IMG/VR virus record: IMGVR_UViG_3300046167_000825
Location: 62,001 to 126,000 of that record
Reading direction: 5' to 3' (one strand)
DNA length: 64,000 nt
In this document: piece after piece, positions 54,315 to 64,000 of the stretch
Position numbering within the stretch: position 1 is the stretch's first letter
Layout: the number at the start of each line of letters is the position of its first letter
Position numbers and translations under genes: made by a program
The notes under the pieces: model-generated
Told to the model about the DNA's origin: nothing
The model's input: only the letters and a program-made list of their open reading frames with translations
The model's database searches: none

Positions 54315-57300
54315 ATGGCTATTGCTTCAATTAAATCAACAAGAAACTCAGACCCAGCAACCTCTCTCGTTGATTCCAGTCGAGAGGATGTTCTTAGTGG
54401 GGATGTCATCACTTTAGAAAGTATTGGAGTGGGTGTCACCACCCATTCGTGGAGCATTATGTTCTCCCCCGATGGTTCTAGTGCCTCTCTCACTTCCACC
54501 AACGCTGCTGTCACTCAGTTCGCTATTGATGAGGAAGGTTCATATCTATTAAGGCTGATTGTCGATGCGGGATTACCCACAGAACATTCTATGTATGTTC
54601 GCCACCGAGTTTTGACTCAGTTCGCTGGATTGCAATTGGTTGCCGCTGGTGAAAGACGGGATGAAGAAGCGATAATACCAAATGACATCGGGATTTATGG
54701 TTGGGCATACGAGCAGAATGGTAACCTCCGTAAGATTCTTGAAATCCTAAAGCCGATTGCTATGAGTGGTCGAGTTGTTCATGTCGATTCAAATCTAGGA
54801 ACACAAGGTTATGGTGATTTCGCCACCATCCAAGAAGCCATTGATTTCTCTGTTCTGGATGGAGCAAGTGAAAGCCAGCCTTATGTCGTGTTAATCAATG
54901 AAGGTGTCTACGAAGAGACTCTGACTCTCCAACCTTTCGTGCATTTGGTGGGAACTCAACATAAAAGCACCCAAGATGTGCCAGACCTCACAGCCAAGCC
55001 GAAGTTGTCACCACGAGTGGTTGTGAAATCGGAAGTGTCACACGATGCTACTCTCACAGCCAATAGTGAATTGGCTATCCTTGTCGGGCTTCATTTCTTA
55101 TGTGAGGTAACGACTGCCAACCCCATGTTTGCTAAGACGGGTGAGGGTGTCCTCCAAGCAAATGCTTGTACATTCGAGGGTACTGCCATCACTGTCGGAC
55201 AAGGGGCATTGATTGATCTCCAAGAGGGTCGCTTTGTCGGGATGGACTGTCGCTTCCGAATGGATGAAACTGGGGATATCGGGAACTTCGCTTTCTTACA
55301 GAGTGGGGAAGACACCACATCTCTCTTAGATTCTTGTGTTTTCACAGCACCCTCTTGTTTGGCAATCAACCCGAATCAACATAATGTCGGTGGGGTCATC
55401 AATGTCCTCCGTGATTGTATTGTTAGTTCGGCCCAGTATGGACTCGCCACCAACGGAACATCGACTGTCATCAATTCATCTCTGAGAGATGGGGTAGAGA
55501 ATATATCTATCAACTGGTTGGGGTCGTCTTACGGTGTGTCGAACTCTGGGAATAGCGAGCAGACTATCCTTTTCTCTGAAATTGAAGGGGATATCTATTG
55601 GAACAAAGACAACACAAACCACAATAATACCTTGAAAGTGGGGGCAGTCGTTTTTGAAACCCTCAACGAAAGTGGTACGGGGAGTGCTATTTCGGTAGAG
55701 GCTCTCGCTAATGCTCTTTCTATCAGTTTTGATAACACCCTCAGTTCTTTGGTCAGCACAAATGTCCAAGATGCCCTCTCCGAACTAGAGAGTTTACTCG
55801 CCAACAAAGTCGAATCTGCCGTCAATATAGGGACTGGCTCTGAGGTTTTCAAACAGAAGACGGGGACAGACCTAGAACTGAGAACAGTTCTAGGAACGGG
55901 TGGTATCAATGTCGCTCTCAGTGGTACTGGTGATGAACTAGAAATCTCCTACACGGGTGCGGGTGTTTCTAATCAAATCAATCAAGATGACTCTTCTGTC
56001 GTTGTGACAGACACGGGTGTCCTCGCCACAATAGACTTCACCATCAATGCCACAAATGAATGGCGTATAGACGGTGTGGGTGACCTTTTATCTATGAATG
56101 GTGGTGCGTTGGGGGCTAGTACTTCTTATATCCCTAGTCTTTATTTAGAAGCCCTCCAATGGGATGTGACTACGGGTGTGACGGTATCAGAAGGGCAGAT
56201 GGCTTGGAATGACACTGCTGGCACAATGGACATTGGTTTGAAAGGTGGGAATGTAACCCTTCAAGTCGGTCAAGAGGAGGTGTTCCACGCTGTTAATGAC
56301 GACACCACCCAGATAAACGATGGGCAAGCCGTTTTTATCAGTGGAGCGAACGGGGCTTCGGGGCAACTTAAAGTCCAACGGGCTTCTTATGACACAGCCA
56401 ATGCTCACAGTTGTGTGGGACTTGCTACCGAGAATCTTATATACCCCAATGGTCAAGGCTTTGTCACGACCTTTGGTTTGGTGCGAGGGATTGATACGAG
56501 TGGTTTGGCTGGGGCTGTTGGTGACCCCGTTTATTTGGAGGTGGATGGTGATTTAACAACTGTCAAACCAGATGCAGCCACGAATATAAACCACCGAACT
56601 GTGGAGATTGGTTACCTCGTGAAGAAAGGCAACAATGGTCAGATTTTTGTGCGAGTCCGTGATGTTCATTTGGAGAATTGGCAAGAAGATGCAAGTGGGA
56701 ACTTACTCCCCCTCCAAAACAATGCTTTCAACATTGGTTCTCCCTCTTACATTGTGAATAGTATCTACGCCAATGCTTACAATTCAATCCGATTTATAGA
56801 TCCCAGCACAACAGAAGAGTTCCATTTCCGAGTGGATACAACCTCATCAATGCCTCGAATGAAAATCGGTGACATGTTCGTGGCGGGTGTTCCCGACACA
56901 GAGAATATGGAGAATATGCCCCCTCTAGCACTTGCAGAGATAACCACTATGAAGGCAGAGGGTTTTCGTCCTCTTTTATGGGATGTTTCTGGGAACGGGC
57001 AACACATACTAATTAAAGATGCAGTTCAGAATGTGACTCCTTCCGTCCTTAAACTAGGGGATAAAGAAATTGTAACATTATCAGAGGATGATTTTTTGAT
57101 TTCTGACGATGCTCATGACACCTTTATGGTGTATAGCACCACTGAACATACTTGGAGAACGCAGAGTAAGGCTTCGATGACAGTACCCTACAACAATCTA
57201 ACGGGGAAGCCGACACTTTTGAGTGATTTCACGAATGATGTTGGATTCCTTACAACCGTAGGAAACATAGACTACAATCAGATTTCAAACACTCCCTCTG

Positions 57301-57833
57301 ATCTATCGGATTTCAATAACGATCTCACGATTGCGTACGACACCTTGACTGGCAGACCGACTCTGTTCGATGGTCAGTACAGTTCTTTGACGGGAACTCC
57401 GAGTATCCCTTCTGCTATCAATGACCTCTCAATGCCAAATGGTGGCTCAAATGGCGATGTTCTCACAAGGAATGGGAATGATGTTGAGTACACTGACACT
57501 AAAGATATCCACTTGGACAGTATTTACGCCCATTCGATGTTGGCACAAGGCAACCCCACCAAACCAGTCGTAGCAGAGTTCGGGAAACTCCACTTCATCT
57601 CGTTGGTTGACCAGCATGTCACGCTGAATCTCCCAGCCGCTTCAAGTGTCGGGAACTTCAAGACAATCAAAATCAAACTCATAGAAAGATCGGGTGAATG
57701 GACATTGACTATCAAACCCGATGGGACAGACGAGATAGATAAAGCCAATGCCGATATCGTGTGGAATAACAACACCTTCTTGATGAAATCAATCACGCTA
57801 TATTCAGACGGCTCTAACTGGTGGTTAATCTAA
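54315..57833 (+). CDS. Tail fibre/tailspike-like protein, paralogue of 51906 with a longer C-terminus
   Basis: HSWSI...DEEGSYLLRLIV, then ATIQEAIDFS...PYVVLINEGVY. C-terminal LNLPAASS...TIKPDGTDEID fibre end. Confidence 0.6.
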   Translation: MAIASIKSTRNSDPATSLVDSSREDVLSGDVITLESIGVGVTTHSWSIMFSPDGSSASLTSTNAAVTQFAIDEEGSYLLRLIVDAGLPTEHSMYVRHRVLTQFAGLQLVAAGERRDEEAIIPNDIGIYGWAYEQNGNLRKILEILKPIAMSGRVVHVDSNLGTQGYGDFATIQEAIDFSVLDGASESQPYVVLINEGVYEETLTLQPFVHLVGTQHKSTQDVPDLTAKPKLSPRVVVKSEVSHDATLTANSELAILVGLHFLCEVTTANPMFAKTGEGVLQANACTFEGTAITVGQGALIDLQEGRFVGMDCRFRMDETGDIGNFAFLQSGEDTTSLLDSCVFTAPSCLAINPNQHNVGGVINVLRDCIVSSAQYGLATNGTSTVINSSLRDGVENISINWLGSSYGVSNSGNSEQTILFSEIEGDIYWNKDNTNHNNTLKVGAVVFETLNESGTGSAISVEALANALSISFDNTLSSLVSTNVQDALSELESLLANKVESAVNIGTGSEVFKQKTGTDLELRTVLGTGGINVALSGTGDELEISYTGAGVSNQINQDDSSVVVTDTGVLATIDFTINATNEWRIDGVGDLLSMNGGALGASTSYIPSLYLEALQWDVTTGVTVSEGQMAWNDTAGTMDIGLKGGNVTLQVGQEEVFHAVNDDTTQINDGQAVFISGANGASGQLKVQRASYDTANAHSCVGLATENLIYPNGQGFVTTFGLVRGIDTSGLAGAVGDPVYLEVDGDLTTVKPDAATNINHRTVEIGYLVKKGNNGQIFVRVRDVHLENWQEDASGNLLPLQNNAFNIGSPSYIVNSIYANAYNSIRFIDPSTTEEFHFRVDTTSSMPRMKIGDMFVAGVPDTENMENMPPLALAEITTMKAEGFRPLLWDVSGNGQHILIKDAVQNVTPSVLKLGDKEIVTLSEDDFLISDDAHDTFMVYSTTEHTWRTQSKASMTVPYNNLTGKPTLLSDFTNDVGFLTTVGNIDYNQISNTPSDLSDFNNDLTIAYDTLTGRPTLFDGQYSSLTGTPSIPSAINDLSMPNGGSNGDVLTRNGNDVEYTDTKDIHLDSIYAHSMLAQGNPTKPVVAEFGKLHFISLVDQHVTLNLPAASSVGNFKTIKIKLIERSGEWTLTIKPDGTDEIDKANADIVWNNNTFLMKSITLYSDGSNWWLI

Positions 57834-60800
57834 TGGGATTATTCTTACCCTCAAATGGTATCTCAACCTACGGCTACGGTGGTTATGGTGTTGCTCCTTT
57901 CGGGGCGACAAATCCACCCACACAGCAAAGCCTTATTTCGGGTTTCGGTCAAAGTCTTATCTTTGGTGGAGTCAGCACCTTCCCAGCACCACCCATTGCT
58001 TCAGTCGATGGCTTCGGTGGGCATTTCGGTCTTGGGGTTTATGGTACAAGAGGAACAAGTCTCACGAGAGTCAGTTCAGCGAGAGCAGTGGATGGGAACA
58101 CCCTCGAAATCTTCTTTTCGGCTGATGTCCTAGAGGATGCTTCTTATTATGCTGTGGCTTCTTACAAGATTCTTGAAACACTTGGTGCGGCATGTGATAT
58201 CACTAGCGTGGAAAAGGGTCGGGTCGGAGAACTAGGGCTTAGTTCTGTCATTGTCAAACACAACGGAACGACAATGGGAGGCTATTACCAAGTCCTCGTA
58301 GAGAATCTCACAGACACCTCCCATAATCCAATACTCCCAGAAGAAGGTTCAAAAGCCTTCTTCTGTGGATTAAGACCTACCACAGAAGTTTCTGCCGAAT
58401 CTATTGACGGCAATGTCATTATCACTTTCAATGAAGGAATCGAAAGTGGAGGAGATGACACCTCTAATTACTTGTGGGAATATGATTATCCAGTAAATGT
58501 CACCGTGACAAATATCTCCCAACCCCAAGAAAATAAGGTCGAACTAGAACTACAAGGTTTGACACATACTGACTATTTACTCACGCTGGGAAGACTTCCC
58601 AGCATCCTATTCTCTGATAATGTGGGTTCAAACTATGTTTTTACGGGATTAGGGGAGGCTTCGAGAGTTCCTTCTGGGTTATTAATTTCTAAAGAACAGA
58701 ATGATGCTTTCCTAGTTCGCTTTCCCGATGAGCATGGGGATATCCAACCCAACTCGGCTTACACCGTAGAACTCTCCTTTGATTTGAGCACACCTCACAT
58801 CCGACCTTATTATCTGACAGAACCCGTCATGGAGATATTTGTTTCGGATGGTTTGGTTGAGATTGGTTTGGTGTTCAAAGAGATAGATGGTGTTGGTGTC
58901 ATTGAGATGAACAGTGGTCTTTATTCAACTCAAGTCATCTCTGATTGGAGAAGAACTCGTCAAGATTTGAAACTCATTCGGAATGAGAGATATGGTTTTT
59001 ATGCCCTTGAGGTAAATGGGGCATGTTTGCTTTCTATTCCATTGGGTTCTTTGACGGGGATTGATGTACATGGAGTGGGAGTTTCCTTTAACTTCAATCC
59101 GTATTATCGGTTGTTACACTTCCTTATAGAAAAGGTTATCTTCACGGCTTCTCAGACGATATATACCACCTCTGGGAACTTTATCCATAACAGTGTCTTG
59201 AACATACGAGGGAACTCCACCTCCGTCCAAGAGATACTCCTAACCCAACACGGCCCCCTCACTAAAGGATGGGGAGATGCAACGCCCGCCACTGATCAAG
59301 ATGTGGCTGTGTTTGTTAATGGTGTGGCAGTTGAAGTTGAGGCTGTCAATCCTTACGAGGGTGCAATCCAGCCTCTCATTCCTATCCCTTTAATGCCTAG
59401 TGGTCTGATTGATGTGCGTGTTGATTACAAGTGGCACAAAAGCCCTATTATGCAGATGGCTGGATTGAATACGGAGGGTTTGACACTGAATAAATGGGAC
59501 AGAGCAAATCATCTCCATGACACCAGACCCAACAACTCCTCAAGAGGGAAAGAGAACATAGGGAGATTCCCCTTCGGTGTGGTGTTGCCATTCGGAGAAC
59601 GCAAACAACCAAAACTGGTTTCCCACAGATACATTGGTTTTGAGCGAGATTACAGTGCTGTTCTGAACTCACCCACCACAATGATGTTGAACCAAGACCC
59701 ACATAGAGTGGCTATCCCCGAACTACACGAGATGGTGAATGGGGAGGTACATTCTCTCGATGGGAACTCCACGCCCAGCGACAATGGTTGGGGCGTGTCT
59801 GAGATAAGTGCGAATATCAATGGTGACGGGACATTCACGACAAATGGGAAGGGTCAGTTCTATAAAGAGATAGACTTCGCTTTCCCTAAGAGTGTGGTGT
59901 TTGCCTCTCGATTCCAAGTGAAAGAATATGAACTGACGGGTGTCTTCACCAATGTCGCCTTCGGTGTGAAAACAAATCATTTTTTACACATGGTGGGGAT
60001 GCTAGAAATAAATGGTGTGCAGCACATTGGACTTTGCACGAACTTCGATGAACCCCATCTGCAAGATTCTTGGAATATCGGACTCGAACAGACAGTCGAT
60101 CTCATCTCGCAAAATCAATTCAAGATCGCCACAGAGGATTACCCCCTCGTTTCGTCATTGGCAACCCTTCGCTTCCAAGTCTTTAATGGCACGCAAGTCG
60201 GAACATACACTGTGATTGAAGCGACACCCCTAACTACTGGGGAAACAATCGTGGAGTTCAGCCCTCCAATGTCAGCCCCATACACCGAATGGGAAAATAG
60301 CCCCGTCACGCTGAACTTTGAGCATCTGTTCTCGGATTTCAATCAGACTTATCGGTTGGTGTCTAACACCGAAAGCCGTGAGGTGCAGTTGTTTATTGGT
60401 GGGGCAGTCAGTGGATTGGCGTTTGAAGACGTGGTTGAAACCACCGTTGTGCGAACTAGAGATGCCTTCAACTTCACAGAAGGTGTTTTCTCTGGAGGAC
60501 TACTAAGCAACGGCTACAAAAACACGACAATTGATTATTCATTGATTCAATTCGGAACGACACCCAAGAACGCTCTCTTGTACTCAAGGGGACATGTCAT
60601 CTCTGAGCATTTCTCCCAAGTTCCAAGTGATTGGTTCGTGCTAGGGGATTACGGACAAGCAATCATAGATGTCGACCGTATGGATTTGAGAGGGCAAGGG
60701 GGATACACTTTCCACCGTATTGAGCCTTTCTTCCAAAAGAAAGTCATTTCCGATACAGATTTATTCTTCCAAGTGGATGAAGGCGATATCGAAGTTCGAG

Positions 60801-62998
60801 TGGATGACGGAGTGCGGCTCATCTTATTCAAGAATCTTCTATTTGATACAGATGTCTCTGGGAAGAAACACCTCGTCAATCTCACGAAGGAAGTTCTGAA
60901 TGGGAGTTTAAGTTTTGAGGAGGCTGACTGGGAAACAACGGCTCTCTACTCTCAACTGAATGACATATATCATATAGCACATGGAACAATTGCCCCTAGT
61001 CCTATCCCTTGTGATTATCAACCCCCCAAGTTTGAAGCCAAGAAAGATATCACACCGAATGGTCAAGGGTTGTCCATTGAGTTCCGACTCCAACAAGTGA
61101 AGTGGGATGGGGGTCTTAGCGGGACTTCGCTGCTGTTCCAGCAAGGCGATTATTCCGTGCTAGTTCAGTTCGGAAATAATGAGTTCACAGTAGGTTTGCC
61201 AACGGGCGTGGTAAATACATACCCTTTCATGCACATAGGGGAATACCACACCTACCGATTGGTTCTCGATGTCATAACATCAACCTTAAATATCCTTGCA
61301 GACGACACCCTTGTAGATTCATTAGCCCTCCCTCTGTTCGCTGACATCTCTGACCCAAGTGTTGTTATCACCAGTGAGGAAGAGTGCTTGCTAGACTATC
61401 TCACGGTTCTCCAAAGACCCAACGCCACAGCCCAACGAACAATCGGTGTGTGGAAACAAGGAGTTCAGACAGACTTAGACTCGTGGGAAGTGCCAAGAAC
61501 AGATTCCCATTTCCTCCCCAACAGTTCAAGCATTTCCGTGATAGAAGAAATGGACTGGCGAGAGATGATGGATGTACGCCTCCACCGAGATGCTGGGTGG
61601 GGTTTGACCTTGTATCGGACAGACTTAGCCCCACCACCTTATTTTGATGGTGTGTGGGCAACCGAAACGACCGACCCCTCTGCTGGTTGGATTAACATCG
61701 AATATGATGATTTACCCCCGTCAGAAAGTCCAGTGGGAATGATTTCTTTTGGGGCTGACATTGGGTACTCCGTGTGGCGACTGTTCCGTTATCGTATGTA
61801 CCTCACAGCGAAGGAAGATTGGAGTTCGCCCCACCACATGATTCTCAACCAAGCAAATGTGCTGACCTCCGATGAGATACACAAGGACATCACAATTGAG
61901 TTGTGTGAAGTGGAGAGTCTTTCCAACCAAGTGATTAGTTTAATCCCGACTGATTTGTTTGCAGAGAATATCTTTGTGGTGCGAGTGGAAGACATCGTTC
62001 TCCCTAGTTCGATGTGGGAGTTCGATGAACAATCTCAGAGTATCTTCGTGAAACAGCCATTGGGTTTCACGGAGGGTAAGCCCTACATTGGATTGGTTCA
62101 TAGCCATGAGGGAATCTTGATGGTGGGGGAGTATCACATTGAGGATGCGAACCAAGAGATTCTTGAGATACGGGAACATTACACAGCCCACATCTCTTAC
62201 GCCCCCTCTAGGACAACTCGGACAAAGACTTATCTGAAAAACCAAGAGGTTCTTTCTTCCATCACTTTATTGAATGAAGGAACACCTCCCGTACCCAAGT
62301 CGCAGATTGCAGATGCCATCAGAGAAGTCGTCTTTGGTTCGGGTGTTAATATAGTTCAAGATGTCTTGAACAATGACCCCGACTTCTTCTTAAATGACCC
62401 TTCCAAGTCTGTCCAGTTCAGAGATCCCAATGAAAGATATGAAAACTTAGAGTTCATTGAGAAGGAACTCGGTTCAGATGAACCCATCACGATTGCTTGC
62501 GATGACTTCAACGAGATCGATATCAGAGGCTCAAAGTTCTCAGAGAATGTGGAGGTCGTGAAGCAAACCCCTCAACAAATCGGTCATGTCATGCACTTAT
62601 CTGGTGGGGCATATCTAGGGAAGACACTCGGGGGGACAAATGCCGTTCTGTACCCCAATGCTCCCGCCACACAAGTAGGGAAAGGATCAGTCCAACGACA
62701 ATGTCTTATTAAACTTAGTGTGAAATCTATTCTGAGAGGGAACACGGAAGAAGCCCTAGAAGAAACAATCCCAACCCCAAATGACGGGGGGTCTTGTGAT
62801 ATGGTTCTCACAGATTATGCCAACCTACACACGCACATCGCTCCTTGGGGTACTATGATAGCGTTAGGTCAGAACTCATTGTTGTACGGTGCTAGTTCTG
62901 TTCAACCAACTGGCGTGCCAAGTTCTGGCACGGGGGTGACCCTTGAAGGAGGACTCCCTTTACCTCAACCAACCACAACTACAATAACTGTTCCATAA
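57833..62998 (+). CDS. Very large beta-rich virion protein (baseplate wedge/tail-associated)
   Basis: About 1720 aa, ATG 57833 overlaps the upstream TAA, lies between fibre and baseplate genes. Confidence 0.5.
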   Translation: MGLFLPSNGISTYGYGGYGVAPFGATNPPTQQSLISGFGQSLIFGGVSTFPAPPIASVDGFGGHFGLGVYGTRGTSLTRVSSARAVDGNTLEIFFSADVLEDASYYAVASYKILETLGAACDITSVEKGRVGELGLSSVIVKHNGTTMGGYYQVLVENLTDTSHNPILPEEGSKAFFCGLRPTTEVSAESIDGNVIITFNEGIESGGDDTSNYLWEYDYPVNVTVTNISQPQENKVELELQGLTHTDYLLTLGRLPSILFSDNVGSNYVFTGLGEASRVPSGLLISKEQNDAFLVRFPDEHGDIQPNSAYTVELSFDLSTPHIRPYYLTEPVMEIFVSDGLVEIGLVFKEIDGVGVIEMNSGLYSTQVISDWRRTRQDLKLIRNERYGFYALEVNGACLLSIPLGSLTGIDVHGVGVSFNFNPYYRLLHFLIEKVIFTASQTIYTTSGNFIHNSVLNIRGNSTSVQEILLTQHGPLTKGWGDATPATDQDVAVFVNGVAVEVEAVNPYEGAIQPLIPIPLMPSGLIDVRVDYKWHKSPIMQMAGLNTEGLTLNKWDRANHLHDTRPNNSSRGKENIGRFPFGVVLPFGERKQPKLVSHRYIGFERDYSAVLNSPTTMMLNQDPHRVAIPELHEMVNGEVHSLDGNSTPSDNGWGVSEISANINGDGTFTTNGKGQFYKEIDFAFPKSVVFASRFQVKEYELTGVFTNVAFGVKTNHFLHMVGMLEINGVQHIGLCTNFDEPHLQDSWNIGLEQTVDLISQNQFKIATEDYPLVSSLATLRFQVFNGTQVGTYTVIEATPLTTGETIVEFSPPMSAPYTEWENSPVTLNFEHLFSDFNQTYRLVSNTESREVQLFIGGAVSGLAFEDVVETTVVRTRDAFNFTEGVFSGGLLSNGYKNTTIDYSLIQFGTTPKNALLYSRGHVISEHFSQVPSDWFVLGDYGQAIIDVDRMDLRGQGGYTFHRIEPFFQKKVISDTDLFFQVDEGDIEVRVDDGVRLILFKNLLFDTDVSGKKHLVNLTKEVLNGSLSFEEADWETTALYSQLNDIYHIAHGTIAPSPIPCDYQPPKFEAKKDITPNGQGLSIEFRLQQVKWDGGLSGTSLLFQQGDYSVLVQFGNNEFTVGLPTGVVNTYPFMHIGEYHTYRLVLDVITSTLNILADDTLVDSLALPLFADISDPSVVITSEEECLLDYLTVLQRPNATAQRTIGVWKQGVQTDLDSWEVPRTDSHFLPNSSSISVIEEMDWREMMDVRLHRDAGWGLTLYRTDLAPPPYFDGVWATETTDPSAGWINIEYDDLPPSESPVGMISFGADIGYSVWRLFRYRMYLTAKEDWSSPHHMILNQANVLTSDEIHKDITIELCEVESLSNQVISLIPTDLFAENIFVVRVEDIVLPSSMWEFDEQSQSIFVKQPLGFTEGKPYIGLVHSHEGILMVGEYHIEDANQEILEIREHYTAHISYAPSRTTRTKTYLKNQEVLSSITLLNEGTPPVPKSQIADAIREVVFGSGVNIVQDVLNNDPDFFLNDPSKSVQFRDPNERYENLEFIEKELGSDEPITIACDDFNEIDIRGSKFSENVEVVKQTPQQIGHVMHLSGGAYLGKTLGGTNAVLYPNAPATQVGKGSVQRQCLIKLSVKSILRGNTEEALEETIPTPNDGGSCDMVLTDYANLHTHIAPWGTMIALGQNSLLYGASSVQPTGVPSSGTGVTLEGGLPLPQPTTTTITVP

Positions 62999-63047
62999 TT
63001 CTTCTATTGAAAGAAATAGATAACCCCAACACATTGGTGGAGATAAA

Positions 63048-63677
63048 ATGAAAAAAGATAAAATGAATCCTATGCGTGAAAATCTGAATGTCGGTTTCCA
63101 ACTAGCCCCTAGTGAAATTGGACAGTTTGTTAAGAAGGGGAGCATCATATTTGATATGTATGATCACGCAACGGGCGAGAGAACGTACTTCGAGAAAGAC
63201 AATGTCATTACATTGGATGCTGGTATCCACGCTGCTCGTTTATTCAAAGACAATGCCGAACCGAACTTCGGGATGTTTATGTTAGCGTGTGGGACGGGTG
63301 CAACTGGTGCGTTGTTATCCCCCGATGCTCCAGACCCCCGTCAGAGAAAACTCAACAACGAAATTGAAAGAAAAGGTTTCTCAGCAACAACTTTCAGAGA
63401 CTCTTTAGGGAACGCTGTGGCTTACCCCACCAACATTGTGGATTTCACATGCACTTACGGTGAAGCAGAAGCAGTGGGGCCTCTCAACGAAATGGGTTTA
63501 TTATCACCCCTTTCAGAGAACCCAGCCCAAAAGACACCGAACCCAAATAACTTCCCAACTAGAGATACAACAGTGGATGTCACGCAATATGATGTTCTTC
63601 TGAACTATCTCACTTTTGGTGTGATCACCAAGCCCTCAACGGCTACCCTAAGCATTTCCTGGCGAATTACGTTTTAA
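63048..63677 (+). CDS. Baseplate/tail-fibre attachment protein
   Basis: NVITLDAG...MLACGTG...LNNEIER...FTCTYGEAEAVGPLNEMGL. Confidence 0.6.
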   Translation: MKKDKMNPMRENLNVGFQLAPSEIGQFVKKGSIIFDMYDHATGERTYFEKDNVITLDAGIHAARLFKDNAEPNFGMFMLACGTGATGALLSPDAPDPRQRKLNNEIERKGFSATTFRDSLGNAVAYPTNIVDFTCTYGEAEAVGPLNEMGLLSPLSENPAQKTPNPNNFPTRDTTVDVTQYDVLLNYLTFGVITKPSTATLSISWRITF

Positions 63678-63727
63678 GAGATGTTTGGGATTTTGGGTTT
63701 TTTATAGATTTATGGAGATAGGATAAC

Positions 63728-64000
63728 ATGGCAATACATAAGAAATATTATACGGGTTCGACAGTATCAAGGGATTTGCCCACTGGCGAGCATTCGTTTT
63801 CTCAAGTGGTGTATCAGAGTGGTAAGCCCATTCTCGATGCTGAACTCAACCACGATCAAGATATCAAGCAAGAGATTCAGAAACTCTTAGGAGATGTCCA
63901 TCTTCCCTCTGGGTTCTTCCGTCATCAAACTAGACGGGACAACGAGGCTCAAGATTTTGAGTATGTGGCTGACACCAATACCTTCTTGATAAATAAACTT
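63728..64000 (+). CDS. Baseplate/tail-associated protein, N-terminus only (partial)
   Basis: Manual translation MAIHKKYY...VVYQSGKPILDAELN, resembling the QQG..LD.ELNE starts of phage baseplate proteins. Confidence 0.55.
   Translation, partial: MAIHKKYYTGSTVSRDLPTGEHSFSQVVYQSGKPILDAELNHDQDIKQEIQKLLGDVHLPSGFFRHQTRRDNEAQDFEYVADTNTFLINKL

Noticed and set aside
1-64000. tRNA, rRNA and CRISPR arrays
   Set aside because: No cloverleaf, rRNA-like tract or regularly spaced repeat-spacer pattern was seen. Intergenic space is minimal. tRNAscan-SE or a CRISPR finder would confirm.
1-64000. Stop-codon reassignment
   Set aside because: Long genes are intact in code 11, and TAA, TAG and TGA all end genes followed by coupled starts

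Overview
This is a fragment of a large, probably jumbo, tailed dsDNA phage genome with myovirus-like baseplate genes, read with the standard genetic code. I found no rRNA, tRNA or CRISPR array. Layout: baseplate/structural and lysis genes (1-8.9 kb), three tandem GNAT-like paralogues plus a 2H phosphoesterase (11-17.7 kb), and a replication block (19-34.4 kb) with SNF2 helicase, a degenerate DnaC-like loader, DnaB, a primase Zn-finger and family A DNA polymerase. A DNA methyltransferase/HNH cluster interrupts that block. Then come small accessory, nucleotide and repair genes (34.4-49 kb) and large fibre/baseplate genes (49-64 kb). Main observations: (1) an intein in a methyltransferase keeps its frame open for 427 codons while a complete Zn-finger HNH endonuclease with its own AGGAGGT ribosome-binding site is overprinted in another frame; (2) a beta-class DNA methyltransferase is split into modules at consistent junctions, with 3 DPPY catalytic modules, 3 middle modules, a 14-codon remnant and only one FxGxG SAM-binding module; (3) a fixed-spacing bipartite promoter-like motif, GGATCG-N15-TCCGTATA, precedes replication/repair genes and is sometimes built into terminator hairpins; (4) a recurring R(V/I)ASR motif marks the GNAT-like proteins and a possible long isoform of the 2H phosphoesterase. 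All product calls come from motifs read by eye, and no database searches were run.
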